Source: an uncultured delta proteobacterium
GTDB lineage: Bacteria > Desulfobacterota > Desulfomonilia > UBA1062
DNA length: 64,000 bases
Reading direction: 5' to 3'
NCBI GenBank assembly: GCA_963785235.1
Contig: CAWAUM010000002.1
Coordinates: 64,001 to 128,000, forward strand
Every line of letters begins with the position of its first letter. The first letter of the stretch is position 1. The position numbers were made by a program, and so were the translations under genes. This document shows positions 20,528 through 30,408 of the stretch, one piece after another. The notes beneath the pieces are model-generated. The model ran no database searches. It was not told where the DNA came from and saw nothing but the letters and a program-made list of their open reading frames with translations.

Positions 20528-21723
20528 ATGGAAACAGTGGAGGTCTGGATGAACAAGGCGCTGGATGGAATGATAACCCCCTTGAGAAGGAAAGGCGATC
20601 TGCGCATCATGAGCATTGCCTTATGCATCATGCTCTTGTATCTCGCCCCTGTTTCTTTGTTATACGCAGCGGAGGCCATCAACATCAAGGTTGCCTCCAT
20701 CTATGCCCATACCGGGGTCGCTGCACCGATAAACGCCTACTCCATAACGGGAGTAAGGGAGGCGGTCGACGAGATCAATGCCAGGGGTGGCATACTGGGA
20801 AGGCGCTTCGAGCTCATCGAGCTCGACAACATGAGCACACCCATAGGCTCCAAGGTGGCGGCAGAGAAGGCCATAGCTAGAGGGGTGACTGCCATCATCG
20901 GATCAAACTGGAGTTCCCATACACTTGCCATTGCACCGGTGGCCCAGGCGAATAAAACGCCGTTGATCACGAACATATCCACAAACGAAGGCGTGACCAA
21001 GATAGGCGATTACATCTTCAGGGTGTGCTTTACGGATTCGTTTCAGGGTAAGGTCATGGCAAAATTCGCTCGTGAGGATCTTAAGGCCCACAGTGCTGTT
21101 ATGATTGTAGATCTCACCAGCGACTATTCCATGGGTCTTTCCCGCGATTTCAAGGCCCACTTTGAACAACTGGGAGGCAATGTGGTAGGTCAGGTCGAGT
21201 ATAAGCTCAAGGCGCCTGATTTCGAACGGGTCGCCATGCAGGCAAAGGCATTGAACCCGCAGGTCGTCTTTATCCCCGGCTATGATGAAAGCGCCCTTAT
21301 TATCAAGGGCCTTACTAATCTCGGGGTTAAGGCAATACCTCTTGGTGGTGATGGATGGGAATCAGTGAGTTTCTTTAATAGGGGGGGGGAGATATCCCCA
21401 CGTGCTACTACTCTACCCACTGGACCGAAGAGGTTAGGAGCCAGGAGTCAAAGAGATTTGTCCAAAGGTATAAATATAAAGGAAAGGTATTCAACGCCGG
21501 AGAGGCGCTCGCCTACGATGCGGTTCAGCTCCTGGCCGATGCAATAAAACGCTCAGGTTCCTTTGACCGGACAAAGATACGCGATGCCCTTGCCGCTACC
21601 AAAGGCTTCCAGGGGGTGACCGGCACCATCAGTTTTAATACACAACGTGACCCGATAAAAAGCGCTGTAATCATCGAGATAAAGGATGGCATACAGATGT
21701 ATCTCAAGAATGTTCTGCCGTGA
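20528..21723 (+). CDS. Liv/branched-chain amino-acid-type periplasmic binding protein, frameshift at a G9 tract (21381-21389); start codon uncertain
   Basis: EINARGGILGR, IFRVCFTDSFQG, GGDGW, then continuation AYDAVQLLADAIKR...GVTGTISF ending TGA 21723. Confidence 0.85.
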
Positions 21724-21819
21724 CGGGCACTGAGTATTCAATTTATGAGACCACATTATGTAATAGAACAGCATACGTTCGAAGGGAAGATTGTCTCCTG
21801 ACAGAAAGGAAGCCATCAT

Positions 21820-22974
21820 ATGAAGAGGACCATTACCATCAGATTCGCTATCATAATGTGTGTTACACTTATCCTGGACCTCGCCTTCTTCGTAATTCCA
21901 GTCAAGGCACAAGGGCCGGTTAAGCTAGCCCTAATTATTTCCAAGACAGGTATTGCAGCCCAGGATGATATGGTGGCCATCGATGCAGCCCTTCTTGCCG
22001 TAGAGGAAATCAATGTCCAGGGAGGGCTTCTCGGACACCCCATTGAGCTGATCGTCCTTGACAATACAAGCACGCCCATCGGGGCTAAGATAGCTGCAGA
22101 GCAGGCGGTTAAGCTGGGTTCAATCGGGATAATAGGCTCATTCAGAAGCTCTCACTCCCTTGCCATGGTCCCTGTTGTCCAAAAGGCCAAGATCCCCATG
22201 ATCACCCCTTCCTCAACGAACCCGGATGTTACCCTGGGATCAGATTGCGTCTTTCGAGCCTGCTTTATCGATTCCTTCCAGGGTCTGATCATGGCGGAAT
22301 ATGCGTATAAATATCTCAATGCACGCAACGCGGTAATCCTCACCAATGCAAATGAGATATACAGCATAACACTCGCCCGGTTTTTCAAAGCAAGCTTCAC
22401 CATGAAAGGAGGTACGGTGTTTGCTGAAGATCAGTATCCCGGAACATCCGTTGATTTCACCAAGATTCTTTCCAGGGTGAAGGAACTTCGGCCTGATGTG
22501 ATTTTTATTCCCGGCTATTCACGGGACAGCGGGCTTCTGATCAATCAGTCCGTGAAAATGGGTATAAATTCCGTGTTCCTTGGCGGTGATGCATGGGATG
22601 TCGGGATCAGCCAGTATGCAGGCAAGGCCATGGAAGGGGCATACCAATCGAATCACTGGCATTCCGATGTCCCCTTTGAGCGTAATCTGCACCTCAAGAT
22701 GGCATATGAGAAAAAGTATGGCGTGAAAATCATCGAGAATATGCGCATCCCGTTGACCTATGATTCTGTGTATCTCTTTGCCGATGCGGTAAAGAGGGCA
22801 GGATCTCTCAGAACGGAAAAGATCCGTGATGCACTCTCCAAAACAAAGGATTTCAAGGGGGCTACAGGGACCATCACCTTCGATCAGAACAGGAACCCTG
22901 TAGGGAAAGAGGCCTGTATTCTGAAATTTAAAAACGGGGCATGGACATACCTGAAGTCTATGCGACAGGAATAG
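21820..22974 (+). CDS. Liv-type periplasmic binding protein (paralog of the upstream gene)
   Basis: Signal peptide, EEINVQGGLLGH, FRACFIDSFQG, GGDAWD, GATGTITFD. Confidence 0.92.
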   Translation: MKRTITIRFAIIMCVTLILDLAFFVIPVKAQGPVKLALIISKTGIAAQDDMVAIDAALLAVEEINVQGGLLGHPIELIVLDNTSTPIGAKIAAEQAVKLGSIGIIGSFRSSHSLAMVPVVQKAKIPMITPSSTNPDVTLGSDCVFRACFIDSFQGLIMAEYAYKYLNARNAVILTNANEIYSITLARFFKASFTMKGGTVFAEDQYPGTSVDFTKILSRVKELRPDVIFIPGYSRDSGLLINQSVKMGINSVFLGGDAWDVGISQYAGKAMEGAYQSNHWHSDVPFERNLHLKMAYEKKYGVKIIENMRIPLTYDSVYLFADAVKRAGSLRTEKIRDALSKTKDFKGATGTITFDQNRNPVGKEACILKFKNGAWTYLKSMRQE

Positions 22975-23049
22975 ACCACGATCCGGCTTCATTCATGATG
23001 CCAATTTTATTTTCTGTCGGGATTATCCCGAATAGTACGGTAAGGAAAC

Positions 23050-25134
23050 TTGACCATGAAAACCCAGCGCCTTAGGTTCAAGATCAATGCCGCAATCTTC
23101 ATAACCTGCCTGAGCGTTACCATCCTTTTCGGGGTCTACCTGTATCCTTATGAAAAAGGCAGAAGGGAGACACGAATCGAAGAGATCAAGCTTCTCATAA
23201 GTGCCATTTTTGAACAAAAGAAAGAGGAAATCGCCAACGAGATCTTTGCCCGGCAGAGGGCTGCGTTGGATAACTCACTGAATACCATTGAGGATGTAAA
23301 GGGGATTTCCGGTGTTATTGTCTATGGGATTGATGGAGGGCTCATTACCTCTACTAACCAGGCACTGATAAGTTCTATAACCAAGCAGGATCAGTCAGTG
23401 CTAAACAATGGCCCTATTTTCATCAGAAGAAACCTTAATGGTCATCCCTATGCAGAATATACCTCGGTTATTGAGGTTATCGGTGAGCGGGTAGGATTCA
23501 TAAGAATATATTACGGCCTTTCATACATGGAGCAGGAAGCTCTGAGAACCTTCGGTGTGTTTTTTTTCCTGCTCATCTCCAGCCTTGTTATCATGGCGTT
23601 CCTCCTCAATATTCTGCTCAACCGATTTGTGATCAAGCCCACGTCCTTATTAAGAGATGCCATTACCAGGCTTAAATGGGGGAAACTAGGAGATAAAGTC
23701 GATCTGATATCGAAAGATGAGATCGGCCAGGTGGGTGAGGCATTCAATGACATGTCCATCATGCTGGAGCAACAGCACAATGCGCTCCTTGAATCAATTC
23801 ATACACAGCAGAAGTACGCATTGGACCTGGAGAACGCAAACAAAAATCTTGCAAGCCTGAACACAGAGCTGGAGGATAGGGTCCAAGGGCGTACCGCAGA
23901 GCTCATGAAGATTAATGAACAACTGCAACAGGAGATTCATGAGCGTATCCTGGCGGATAATGCCCGAAAAGAGCTTGAGGAAAGGCTTTTACGCTCGCAG
24001 AAGATGGAAGCCCTGGGTCTGTTGGCAGGCGGCGTGGCACATGATCTGAACAATGTCCTGTCCGGGATCGTAAGCTACCCTGATCTGCTCCTCATGGAAC
24101 TCCCCGAGAACAGCTCCATGAGGAAACCGATACAAACCATCCGGGATTCCGGGATGAAGGCTGCGGCCATTGTGCAGGATCTGCTGACGCTGGCCCGTCG
24201 TGGTGTTATACAGACCCAAGTTTTGGATCTGAACGAAGATATCATCGGTGATTACCTCAATTCCCCCGAATATCACCGGCTCCTTTTCCGACATCCGTCG
24301 GTTACTGTTGAAACGCAGCTGGACGTGAGCCTCCTGAAGATCAAAGGATCTCCCATACATCTCAAAAAGACCATCATGAACCTGGTAATCAACGCAATGG
24401 AGGCACAGCCCGATGGCGGCCACATAGTTATATCTACGCAGAACATCTATGTGGACATGCCCTTAACAGGCTACGATCAGGTGTCTGCAGGCGACTACGT
24501 TGTCCTTAAGGTGCAGGACAACGGCACTGGAATCGAGAAAGAGGATCTGAAGCGGATCTTCGAGCCCTTCTATTCCAAAAAGGTCCTGGGCAGAAGCGGC
24601 ACAGGCCTGGGCATGGCAGTAGTGTGGGGAACCGCCCAGGACCATCAGGGGTACATCAATGTGAACAGCACGCCGGGAAAAGGAACATCCTTTGAGCTCT
24701 ATTTCCCGGTCACCCGGGAAGAGATCGCACCGGAGAATGATATCGTGCCTGTTAAAGATTACCTAGGTGGCGGCGAGGTGATCCTTGTGGTGGATGATAT
24801 GGAGAATCAGCGCGATATCGCATCGAACATCCTCTCCAGATTGAATTACAAGGTGATCTCTACCGCCAGCGGTGAAGATGCGGTGGAATTCCTGAAAGAC
24901 GGATCTGCAGACCTCGTGCTCCTTGATATGATCATGGACCCGGGCATGGACGGCCTGGACACCTACAGGAAAATCATCGAGATCCATCCTGGGCAGAAGG
25001 CCATTATCGCAAGCGGATATGCGGAAAGCGAGCGTGTAAAAGAGGCCCAGGTCCTCGGTGTGAGCCGGTACATCAGAAAACCCTATACCATTGAAAATCT
25101 CGGTGTGACTATCAAGTCCGAGCTCTTGCGTTGA
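23050..25134 (+). CDS. Membrane hybrid sensor histidine kinase (periplasmic-HAMP-HisKA-HATPase-REC)
   Basis: Two TM segments, DEIGQVGEAFN (HAMP), AHDLNN H-box, NLVINA, DNGTGI, GTGLG, receiver VVDD...LLDMIM...KPY. Confidence 0.93.
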   Translation: MTMKTQRLRFKINAAIFITCLSVTILFGVYLYPYEKGRRETRIEEIKLLISAIFEQKKEEIANEIFARQRAALDNSLNTIEDVKGISGVIVYGIDGGLITSTNQALISSITKQDQSVLNNGPIFIRRNLNGHPYAEYTSVIEVIGERVGFIRIYYGLSYMEQEALRTFGVFFFLLISSLVIMAFLLNILLNRFVIKPTSLLRDAITRLKWGKLGDKVDLISKDEIGQVGEAFNDMSIMLEQQHNALLESIHTQQKYALDLENANKNLASLNTELEDRVQGRTAELMKINEQLQQEIHERILADNARKELEERLLRSQKMEALGLLAGGVAHDLNNVLSGIVSYPDLLLMELPENSSMRKPIQTIRDSGMKAAAIVQDLLTLARRGVIQTQVLDLNEDIIGDYLNSPEYHRLLFRHPSVTVETQLDVSLLKIKGSPIHLKKTIMNLVINAMEAQPDGGHIVISTQNIYVDMPLTGYDQVSAGDYVVLKVQDNGTGIEKEDLKRIFEPFYSKKVLGRSGTGLGMAVVWGTAQDHQGYINVNSTPGKGTSFELYFPVTREEIAPENDIVPVKDYLGGGEVILVVDDMENQRDIASNILSRLNYKVISTASGEDAVEFLKDGSADLVLLDMIMDPGMDGLDTYRKIIEIHPGQKAIIASGYAESERVKEAQVLGVSRYIRKPYTIENLGVTIKSELLR

Positions 25135-25178
25135 AACAACGGGTTTCTTCTAGGCCCCCACAGTCAATGCCCATCTCT

Positions 25179-25460
25179 TTAATTCTTGAACACACCGAGT
25201 TTCACCGGCAGCCACCAGGTGATGCCGTATACGAGCGTCTTGATGAGGGTACTCTTAGCTGAGATGCCGGAAGCTGCACCTATACCGCGTGCTACGAGAA
25301 GCTCAAGTGGATGACCGAACAGCCATGTGAAGGCAACTGTTTTCCAAAGTTTTTTGAGCGTCTCGTTCTTGAAGGGCTTTACGAGGCCTGTGACGGCGAA
25401 GATCCACCCACAGACTGCTCCAACCATCATGATATACCAGAATCCCTTGCTCTTGATCAT
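25179..25460 (-). CDS. Small membrane hypothetical protein
   Basis: 93 aa with hydrophobic segments and a GHPLEL motif. AAGGGG RBS. Confidence 0.7.
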   Translation of the reverse strand: MIKSKGFWYIMMVGAVCGWIFAVTGLVKPFKNETLKKLWKTVAFTWLFGHPLELLVARGIGAASGISAKSTLIKTLVYGITWWLPVKLGVFKN

Positions 25461-25617
25461 TTAAGCCCCCTTATCAATGCATTGTACGAAAGAATAGTAC
25501 CAGATAAGGATAGTTCGGGCGATATAAAAAAACACTCACAATAGATAAGATTCCGGATATAAGACCTCAAGCGAGGGTTCTTCGGCACCTACCTATTCAC
25601 CGGATCCTGGTTCATAT

Positions 25618-26394
25618 TCAGTTAGTTATCTCAGCCACAGCCCTGATCCACCCCGCGCTAGCCCCCTTGATTTTGATGGGGAAGCAATAGAAGGTAAAGC
25701 CGGTTGCTGGGAGCTTGTCCAGGTTGGTGAGCTTCTCGATCTGGAAATACCCTTTATCGATGCCTGCGAAATGGCCTTCCCAGATTACAGAAGCATCTTT
25801 GGTACGCTCGAAATCCTCCGCCTGGAAGGGCAACGGCCTGTCCCAGCTCCAGGCGTCGGTGCCCACCACGTGTACGCCCTGCTCCACAAGCCATAGTGTG
25901 GCCTCGCGGCCGAATCCTGAGCCTTTCACGAGGTACTCGGGTTTTCCCCAGTAGGGGGCTGCGCCGCTCTGGGCAAGGAAGATATCTCCTTCCTGAAGCG
26001 AATAGCCTATTATATCGAGTTCCTTCTTGATGTCCGCAGAGGTGATATTATACCCGTCGGGCTTTGCAGAAAAATCAACTTTCACGCCGCCCCCTACAGC
26101 CCATTCCAGGGGGAACTGGTCGATAGTAAGGGCAGGTGAGCCTTTGTCCTGGGTTGGGTGGTAGTGCCAGGGCGCATCCATGTGTGTGCCTGCGTGCGTT
26201 GATACCTCCAGTATCTCGATAGCCCACCCCAAGCCACCGGGAAGATCCTTCTCCGTGAGGCCCGGATAGAAGAGCTTCATGGTTTCCGTCCCAAGCCTGT
26301 GATCGAGATAGGTTATCTTGGGGATCATCATGGGCGGATCACTGGGCAGGCTGTTTTCAATGGCAATGGAGAGGTCTATGAAGGTCCTGGGCAT
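25618..26394 (-). CDS. Cyclase family protein (kynurenine formamidase-like metal hydrolase)
   Basis: IDLS, THAGTHMDAPWH, VGTD, IEKLTNL. AAGGAGG RBS. Confidence 0.9.
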   Translation of the reverse strand: MPRTFIDLSIAIENSLPSDPPMMIPKITYLDHRLGTETMKLFYPGLTEKDLPGGLGWAIEILEVSTHAGTHMDAPWHYHPTQDKGSPALTIDQFPLEWAVGGGVKVDFSAKPDGYNITSADIKKELDIIGYSLQEGDIFLAQSGAAPYWGKPEYLVKGSGFGREATLWLVEQGVHVVGTDAWSWDRPLPFQAEDFERTKDASVIWEGHFAGIDKGYFQIEKLTNLDKLPATGFTFYCFPIKIKGASAGWIRAVAEITN

Positions 26395-26490
26395 GGCGCC
26401 TCCTTTTTTTATTTCTTTGTGCAAGGACTTTTACGTGGCATGCGGATTCGTTGTCAAGAAAGGGATGTATCATGATACTCTACCGGCTCC

Positions 26491-26519
26491 TTGACAGGCG
26501 AAGCCTTCACGGTTAACGT
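26491..26519 (+). promoter_or_regulatory. Putative sigma70 promoter of ybaB-recR-mtaD
   Basis: TTGACA-17 nt-TAACGT, ending 7 nt before ATG 26527. Confidence 0.55.
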
Positions 26520-26526
26520 ACGAAAC

Positions 26527-26844
26527 ATGGAAGTCGACTTTAAGGAACTCGTCAAAAAGGCTCAACAGCTTCAGTCCCGCATCAAGGAGATTCAGGAACA
26601 GCTTGCGCGCAAGAACGTAACCGTGGATTCCGGCGGGGGCATGGTGACCGTGACGGTAAACGGCAGACAGGAACTCGTTTCCATAAAGCTCGACCCGCTG
26701 TGTGTGGACATAAGGGATGTCCCCATGCTTGAAGACCTCATTCTGACTGCGGTGAACCAGGGTATACGCCGATCGCGCGAGCTCGCGGCAGAAGAGCTGA
26801 AGCAGATCACCGGGGGCCTCCCCCTGCCCATTGACCTGCTTTGA
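26527..26844 (+). CDS. ybaB: YbaB/EbfC nucleoid-associated protein
   Basis: SGGGMVTVTVNG, MLEDLILTAVN. Directly upstream of recR. Confidence 0.93.
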   Translation: MEVDFKELVKKAQQLQSRIKEIQEQLARKNVTVDSGGGMVTVTVNGRQELVSIKLDPLCVDIRDVPMLEDLILTAVNQGIRRSRELAAEELKQITGGLPLPIDLL

Positions 26845-26845
26845 T

Positions 26846-27460
26846 ATGGACCCCTACCCCAAGCCCCTAAGGGACCTCATCAGCCAGCTCAAACGCCTCC
26901 CCGGTATCGGCGAAAAGACAGCAACCCGCTTGGCGCTCTTCATCCTGGCAGACAGAAAGAACCTGGCCGAAGAGCTTGCAACGACATTGAAAACGGTTCG
27001 CGAGCAGATCAGGCTTTGCCCGGCATGCTTCAACCTCACGGATCGTCAGAAATGTTCCATCTGCCTCAACCCCTCACGAGACCAGACACAGATCTGCGTT
27101 GTCGAAGAACCGAGCGATGTGTTGGCCCTGGAGTCGGCAAACACCTACAAGGGCCTTTACCATGTACTCCACGGGCTCATGTCACCCATGAGCGGCATCG
27201 GTCCTGAAGACATCAAGCTCTCCGAGCTCCTTGAGAGGCTCAAGGGCTCTTCGGTAAGCGAGGTGATCGTGGCTACAAATCCCTCGGTGGAGGGAGAAGG
27301 CACATTCCACTACATCAACAAGATAATCCATGATGCGGGTCTGAGCGTAACGGTGAGCAGGATTGCTTCCGGTGTCCCTATGGGAGGGGAACTGAAATAT
27401 ATGGACCAGGTGACACTTGCCAGCGCGTTACGCTACCGCCGGAACATCAAGGACTTCTAA
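26846..27460 (+). CDS. recR: Recombination mediator RecR
   Basis: LPGIGEKTA (HhH), CPAC...CSIC zinc finger, ICVVE, ATNPSVEGE. Confidence 0.96.
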   Translation: MDPYPKPLRDLISQLKRLPGIGEKTATRLALFILADRKNLAEELATTLKTVREQIRLCPACFNLTDRQKCSICLNPSRDQTQICVVEEPSDVLALESANTYKGLYHVLHGLMSPMSGIGPEDIKLSELLERLKGSSVSEVIVATNPSVEGEGTFHYINKIIHDAGLSVTVSRIASGVPMGGELKYMDQVTLASALRYRRNIKDF

Positions 27461-27473
27461 AGAGGAGATATTG

Positions 27474-28760
27474 ATGGGTAAATTCGCCGTGCAAGGTGGG
27501 TATGTCATAAAATCGGCCCGTGACGTTCTCAAAGACCAGTATGTCATCGTGGATGACTCAAAAATAACTGAAATCACCCCGGATCTCCCCCAGGGCATCA
27601 CCGAGGTCTTAGGAGGCCCTGATGATATCGTCATGCCGGGGCTCATCAACACCCATACCCATGCAGCCATGACACTTTTCAGGGGCATGGCCGATGACAT
27701 GCCCCTCATGACTTGGCTCCAGGAGCATATCTTCCCTGCTGAGGCCAAGTACGTAAACAAGGAGTTCGTCTACATCGGGTCGCTCCTGGCAGCCTGGGAG
27801 ATGACCCGGTCCGGCACTACGTCATTCTGCGACGGGTATTTCTATGAGGATGAGGTAGGCAGGGCCGCCAAGGAGATCGGCATCAGGGCATGGATAGGAG
27901 AGGGCATCCTCCAGTTTTCCACACCATCCCTTTCAGATCCCAATCGGACAATCGAACACGCCCGCAATTTTATCGAGCGCTGGCTGGACGAAGAGATGGT
28001 CCGGCCATCTGTTTTTCCCCATGCCATATATACCTGCACCACGAAGCTCCTGAAAGAGGCCTATGCGCTTACAGAAGAGCATGACCTTATCTACCAGATC
28101 CATCTGAGCGAAACAGCCGCAGAGGTTGAGCAGATCAGGCAGGACTACAATATGACCCCCGTTGAGTACCTGGACTCCATCGGGTGCCTCTCGAAACAGA
28201 CACTGGCCGCCCATTGTGTGGTCATTACCGACAAAGACATCGCATTGCTGGCAAAAAGAGGGGTCTCTGTTGCACATAATGCTGAGAGCAACATGAAACT
28301 CGCATCCGGCATTGCCCCGGTACCTGCCATGATCAAGGCCGGGGTGAACGTCTGCATCGGTACCGACGGATGCGCGAGCAACAACAACCTTGACATGATC
28401 GGCGAGATCTCAACAGTGGCAAAACTGCACAAGATTTCCTCTATGGACCCTACTGTGCTCGATGAATGCACGGCCTTGGCCCTTGTGACAGAAAACGGCG
28501 CGAAGGCGTTGCATTTTAACGGCGGGAGGATAGAACCCGGCAGGCCTGCGGACATTGTGGTTCTGGGCGGTAAGGCCCCGAACATGGTCCCTGTGTATAA
28601 CCCGGTCTCTCATATTATTTATGCCGCCACCGGGGGGAACGTGAAAGACGTGATCATTAACGGCAAGATCATTGTGAAAAGTTCCAAATCGCTTACCGTG
28701 GATGAAGAATCCCTGATTAAGGAATGCCGATCAATTCAGGAACACATCAGCAGGCCTTGA
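27474..28760 (+). CDS. mtaD: Amidohydrolase, 5'-methylthioadenosine/S-adenosylhomocysteine deaminase-like
   Basis: INTHTHAAM, HLSET, ESNMKLASG, GTDGCASNN. Confidence 0.8.
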   Translation: MGKFAVQGGYVIKSARDVLKDQYVIVDDSKITEITPDLPQGITEVLGGPDDIVMPGLINTHTHAAMTLFRGMADDMPLMTWLQEHIFPAEAKYVNKEFVYIGSLLAAWEMTRSGTTSFCDGYFYEDEVGRAAKEIGIRAWIGEGILQFSTPSLSDPNRTIEHARNFIERWLDEEMVRPSVFPHAIYTCTTKLLKEAYALTEEHDLIYQIHLSETAAEVEQIRQDYNMTPVEYLDSIGCLSKQTLAAHCVVITDKDIALLAKRGVSVAHNAESNMKLASGIAPVPAMIKAGVNVCIGTDGCASNNNLDMIGEISTVAKLHKISSMDPTVLDECTALALVTENGAKALHFNGGRIEPGRPADIVVLGGKAPNMVPVYNPVSHIIYAATGGNVKDVIINGKIIVKSSKSLTVDEESLIKECRSIQEHISRP

Positions 28761-28842
28761 CGGAAAAGAATACCTCATAAGGGGAAGTCTTTTCCCCAGC
28801 CCTTGCAGCCCGGACCATTACTATTCCTGCCTTTCGTCTTGT

Positions 28843-28858
28843 TGGCAAGGCCTTTGCT
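28843..28858 (+). promoter_or_regulatory. sigma54 (-24/-12) promoter of flgL
   Basis: TGGCAAG-GCCT-TTGCT with canonical GG-N10-GC spacing. Confidence 0.7.
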
Positions 28859-28863
28859 TTCTA

Positions 28864-28891
28864 TCAAGCGCAGCAAATATTTTGCCGATAA
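28864..28891 (+). promoter_or_regulatory. sigma28 (FliA)-type promoter of flgL
   Basis: TCAAG-15 nt-GCCGATAA, with a consensus -10 element. Confidence 0.6.
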
Positions 28892-28900
28892 GGATAAAAT

Positions 28901-29902
28901 ATGAAGATCACCAACAGATTACTCTATTCTCAGCTCAACAAAGATATCTCACAGAACACGGAGATTCTGTTCAGGCTCAGTGGCAAGATATCTTCTGGAA
29001 AGCGCATCAACGCACCTTCCGATGACCCACTGGGGCTCTCCAGCGTATTGACCCACCGGACAGAGCTGAACATGTTCGATCAATACGGAAAATCCATCAA
29101 CTACGCCACAGGGTGGCTCAGCAGGATGGAATCACTCATCCAGGATACCGATGACCTCCTGGCCAGGGTCAGTGAGATTGCTGTTCAGCAGACCTCCGCC
29201 ACCTCCACTGCCGAGACAAGGCAGGGTGCAGCTGATGAAATCAAGCAGATTAGGTCAATGCTTTTAAGTAACGCTAATGCAAAGTACGGCAATAAGTACA
29301 TCTTCAGCGGCACTAGGACCCAGACCCAACCCTTCCTCTCTGTTGATGCCGATAATTTAGGGGCGGATGTACCCACCGTAGCCGACCTTCCTTCCTCCGC
29401 CACTGAGGGCGATGCTGCCTTCGTGACTACTCCGGGCGAGTTGTACGTCTTTAATGAAGGCCAGTGGAAGTCCACCTACCAGGGTAATGATTCCACCTTT
29501 TCATTGCAGATCGGCAGAGGGAGTAATGTCCAAACCAATATCCCGGGCAGCTCAGTCTTCTCGAACCCGCAGGGAGACGCCGCCATGACACTCCTGCGTC
29601 TTGAGAAGGCACTGCGGGATAACGATACCACAGGCATTCGAGCGGAGATACCCAATATCGGGAAATCAAGCATAATTCTCAATAATAACCTTGCCTTAAT
29701 TGGCGCCAATATGAACAAGATTGACCATACGAAAACGGTCATCGATACTGCCAAGGTTGATACCAAGGAGAGTATTTCGAACATAGAGGATCTCGATTAT
29801 GCCGAGGCCATAACTTCGCTTCAGAACCAACAGACCATCTACCAGGCGACATTGAAGAGCGCCTCCATGATCACTGGTTTGAGTCTCGTTGATTACATCT
29901 AG
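28901..29902 (+). CDS. flgL: Flagellar hook-associated protein 3
   Basis: ISSGKRINAPSDDP, NKYIFSGTRT, IEDLDYAEAIT, SLVDYI. Confidence 0.92.
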   Translation: MKITNRLLYSQLNKDISQNTEILFRLSGKISSGKRINAPSDDPLGLSSVLTHRTELNMFDQYGKSINYATGWLSRMESLIQDTDDLLARVSEIAVQQTSATSTAETRQGAADEIKQIRSMLLSNANAKYGNKYIFSGTRTQTQPFLSVDADNLGADVPTVADLPSSATEGDAAFVTTPGELYVFNEGQWKSTYQGNDSTFSLQIGRGSNVQTNIPGSSVFSNPQGDAAMTLLRLEKALRDNDTTGIRAEIPNIGKSSIILNNNLALIGANMNKIDHTKTVIDTAKVDTKESISNIEDLDYAEAITSLQNQQTIYQATLKSASMITGLSLVDYI

Positions 29903-29916
29903 CAGGGGGATTAATC

Positions 29917-30366
29917 TTGGATATTGAAACGCTGCGTTTCGGAAAGATAGCGGTTCAGGAAGATAAGGTCATAACGTTCCCAAGGGGTATCCTAGGGTTT
30001 GCCAAGAACAAACAATACCTCCTGTTCCCCCATAGTGAAGATTCACCCTTCTTATGGCTCCAGAGCGTGGAAGATGGCGACCTGGCCTTTGTGGTAATGA
30101 ATCCACGTCTTGTAAAGGCCGATTATTCCCTTGATGTGGATCAGAATGTCTTGAACGAGCTCGATGCCAAGCAGGAGACTGACCTTGAGGTTGTCTGCAT
30201 AGTCACCATACCCCGGAATGACCCCAAGCGCATGACGATCAACCTTTTAGGCCCCATCATCATCAATGCCAAGAGCCGCAGTGCCGTGCAGGTCATCTGC
30301 GACAAGCAGAGCTATTCGCACCAGCACCCGGTGGTTTCAGGGCAGCAGGCACAAGCCAGTCAATGA
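29917..30366 (+). CDS. fliW: Flagellar assembly factor FliW
   Basis: TLRFG, FPRGILGF, WLQSVED..LAF, MTINLLGPIIIN. Confidence 0.93.
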   Translation: MDIETLRFGKIAVQEDKVITFPRGILGFAKNKQYLLFPHSEDSPFLWLQSVEDGDLAFVVMNPRLVKADYSLDVDQNVLNELDAKQETDLEVVCIVTIPRNDPKRMTINLLGPIIINAKSRSAVQVICDKQSYSHQHPVVSGQQAQASQ

Positions 30367-30408
30367 GTATATGTTGACTGCTGACTTGTAACAAAAAAGG
30401 AATACCTT

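Noticed and set aside
26437-26452. sigma54 site TGGCATGCGGATTCG upstream of ybaB
   Set aside because: The -12 element lacks the required GC, and a better sigma70 promoter lies downstream.
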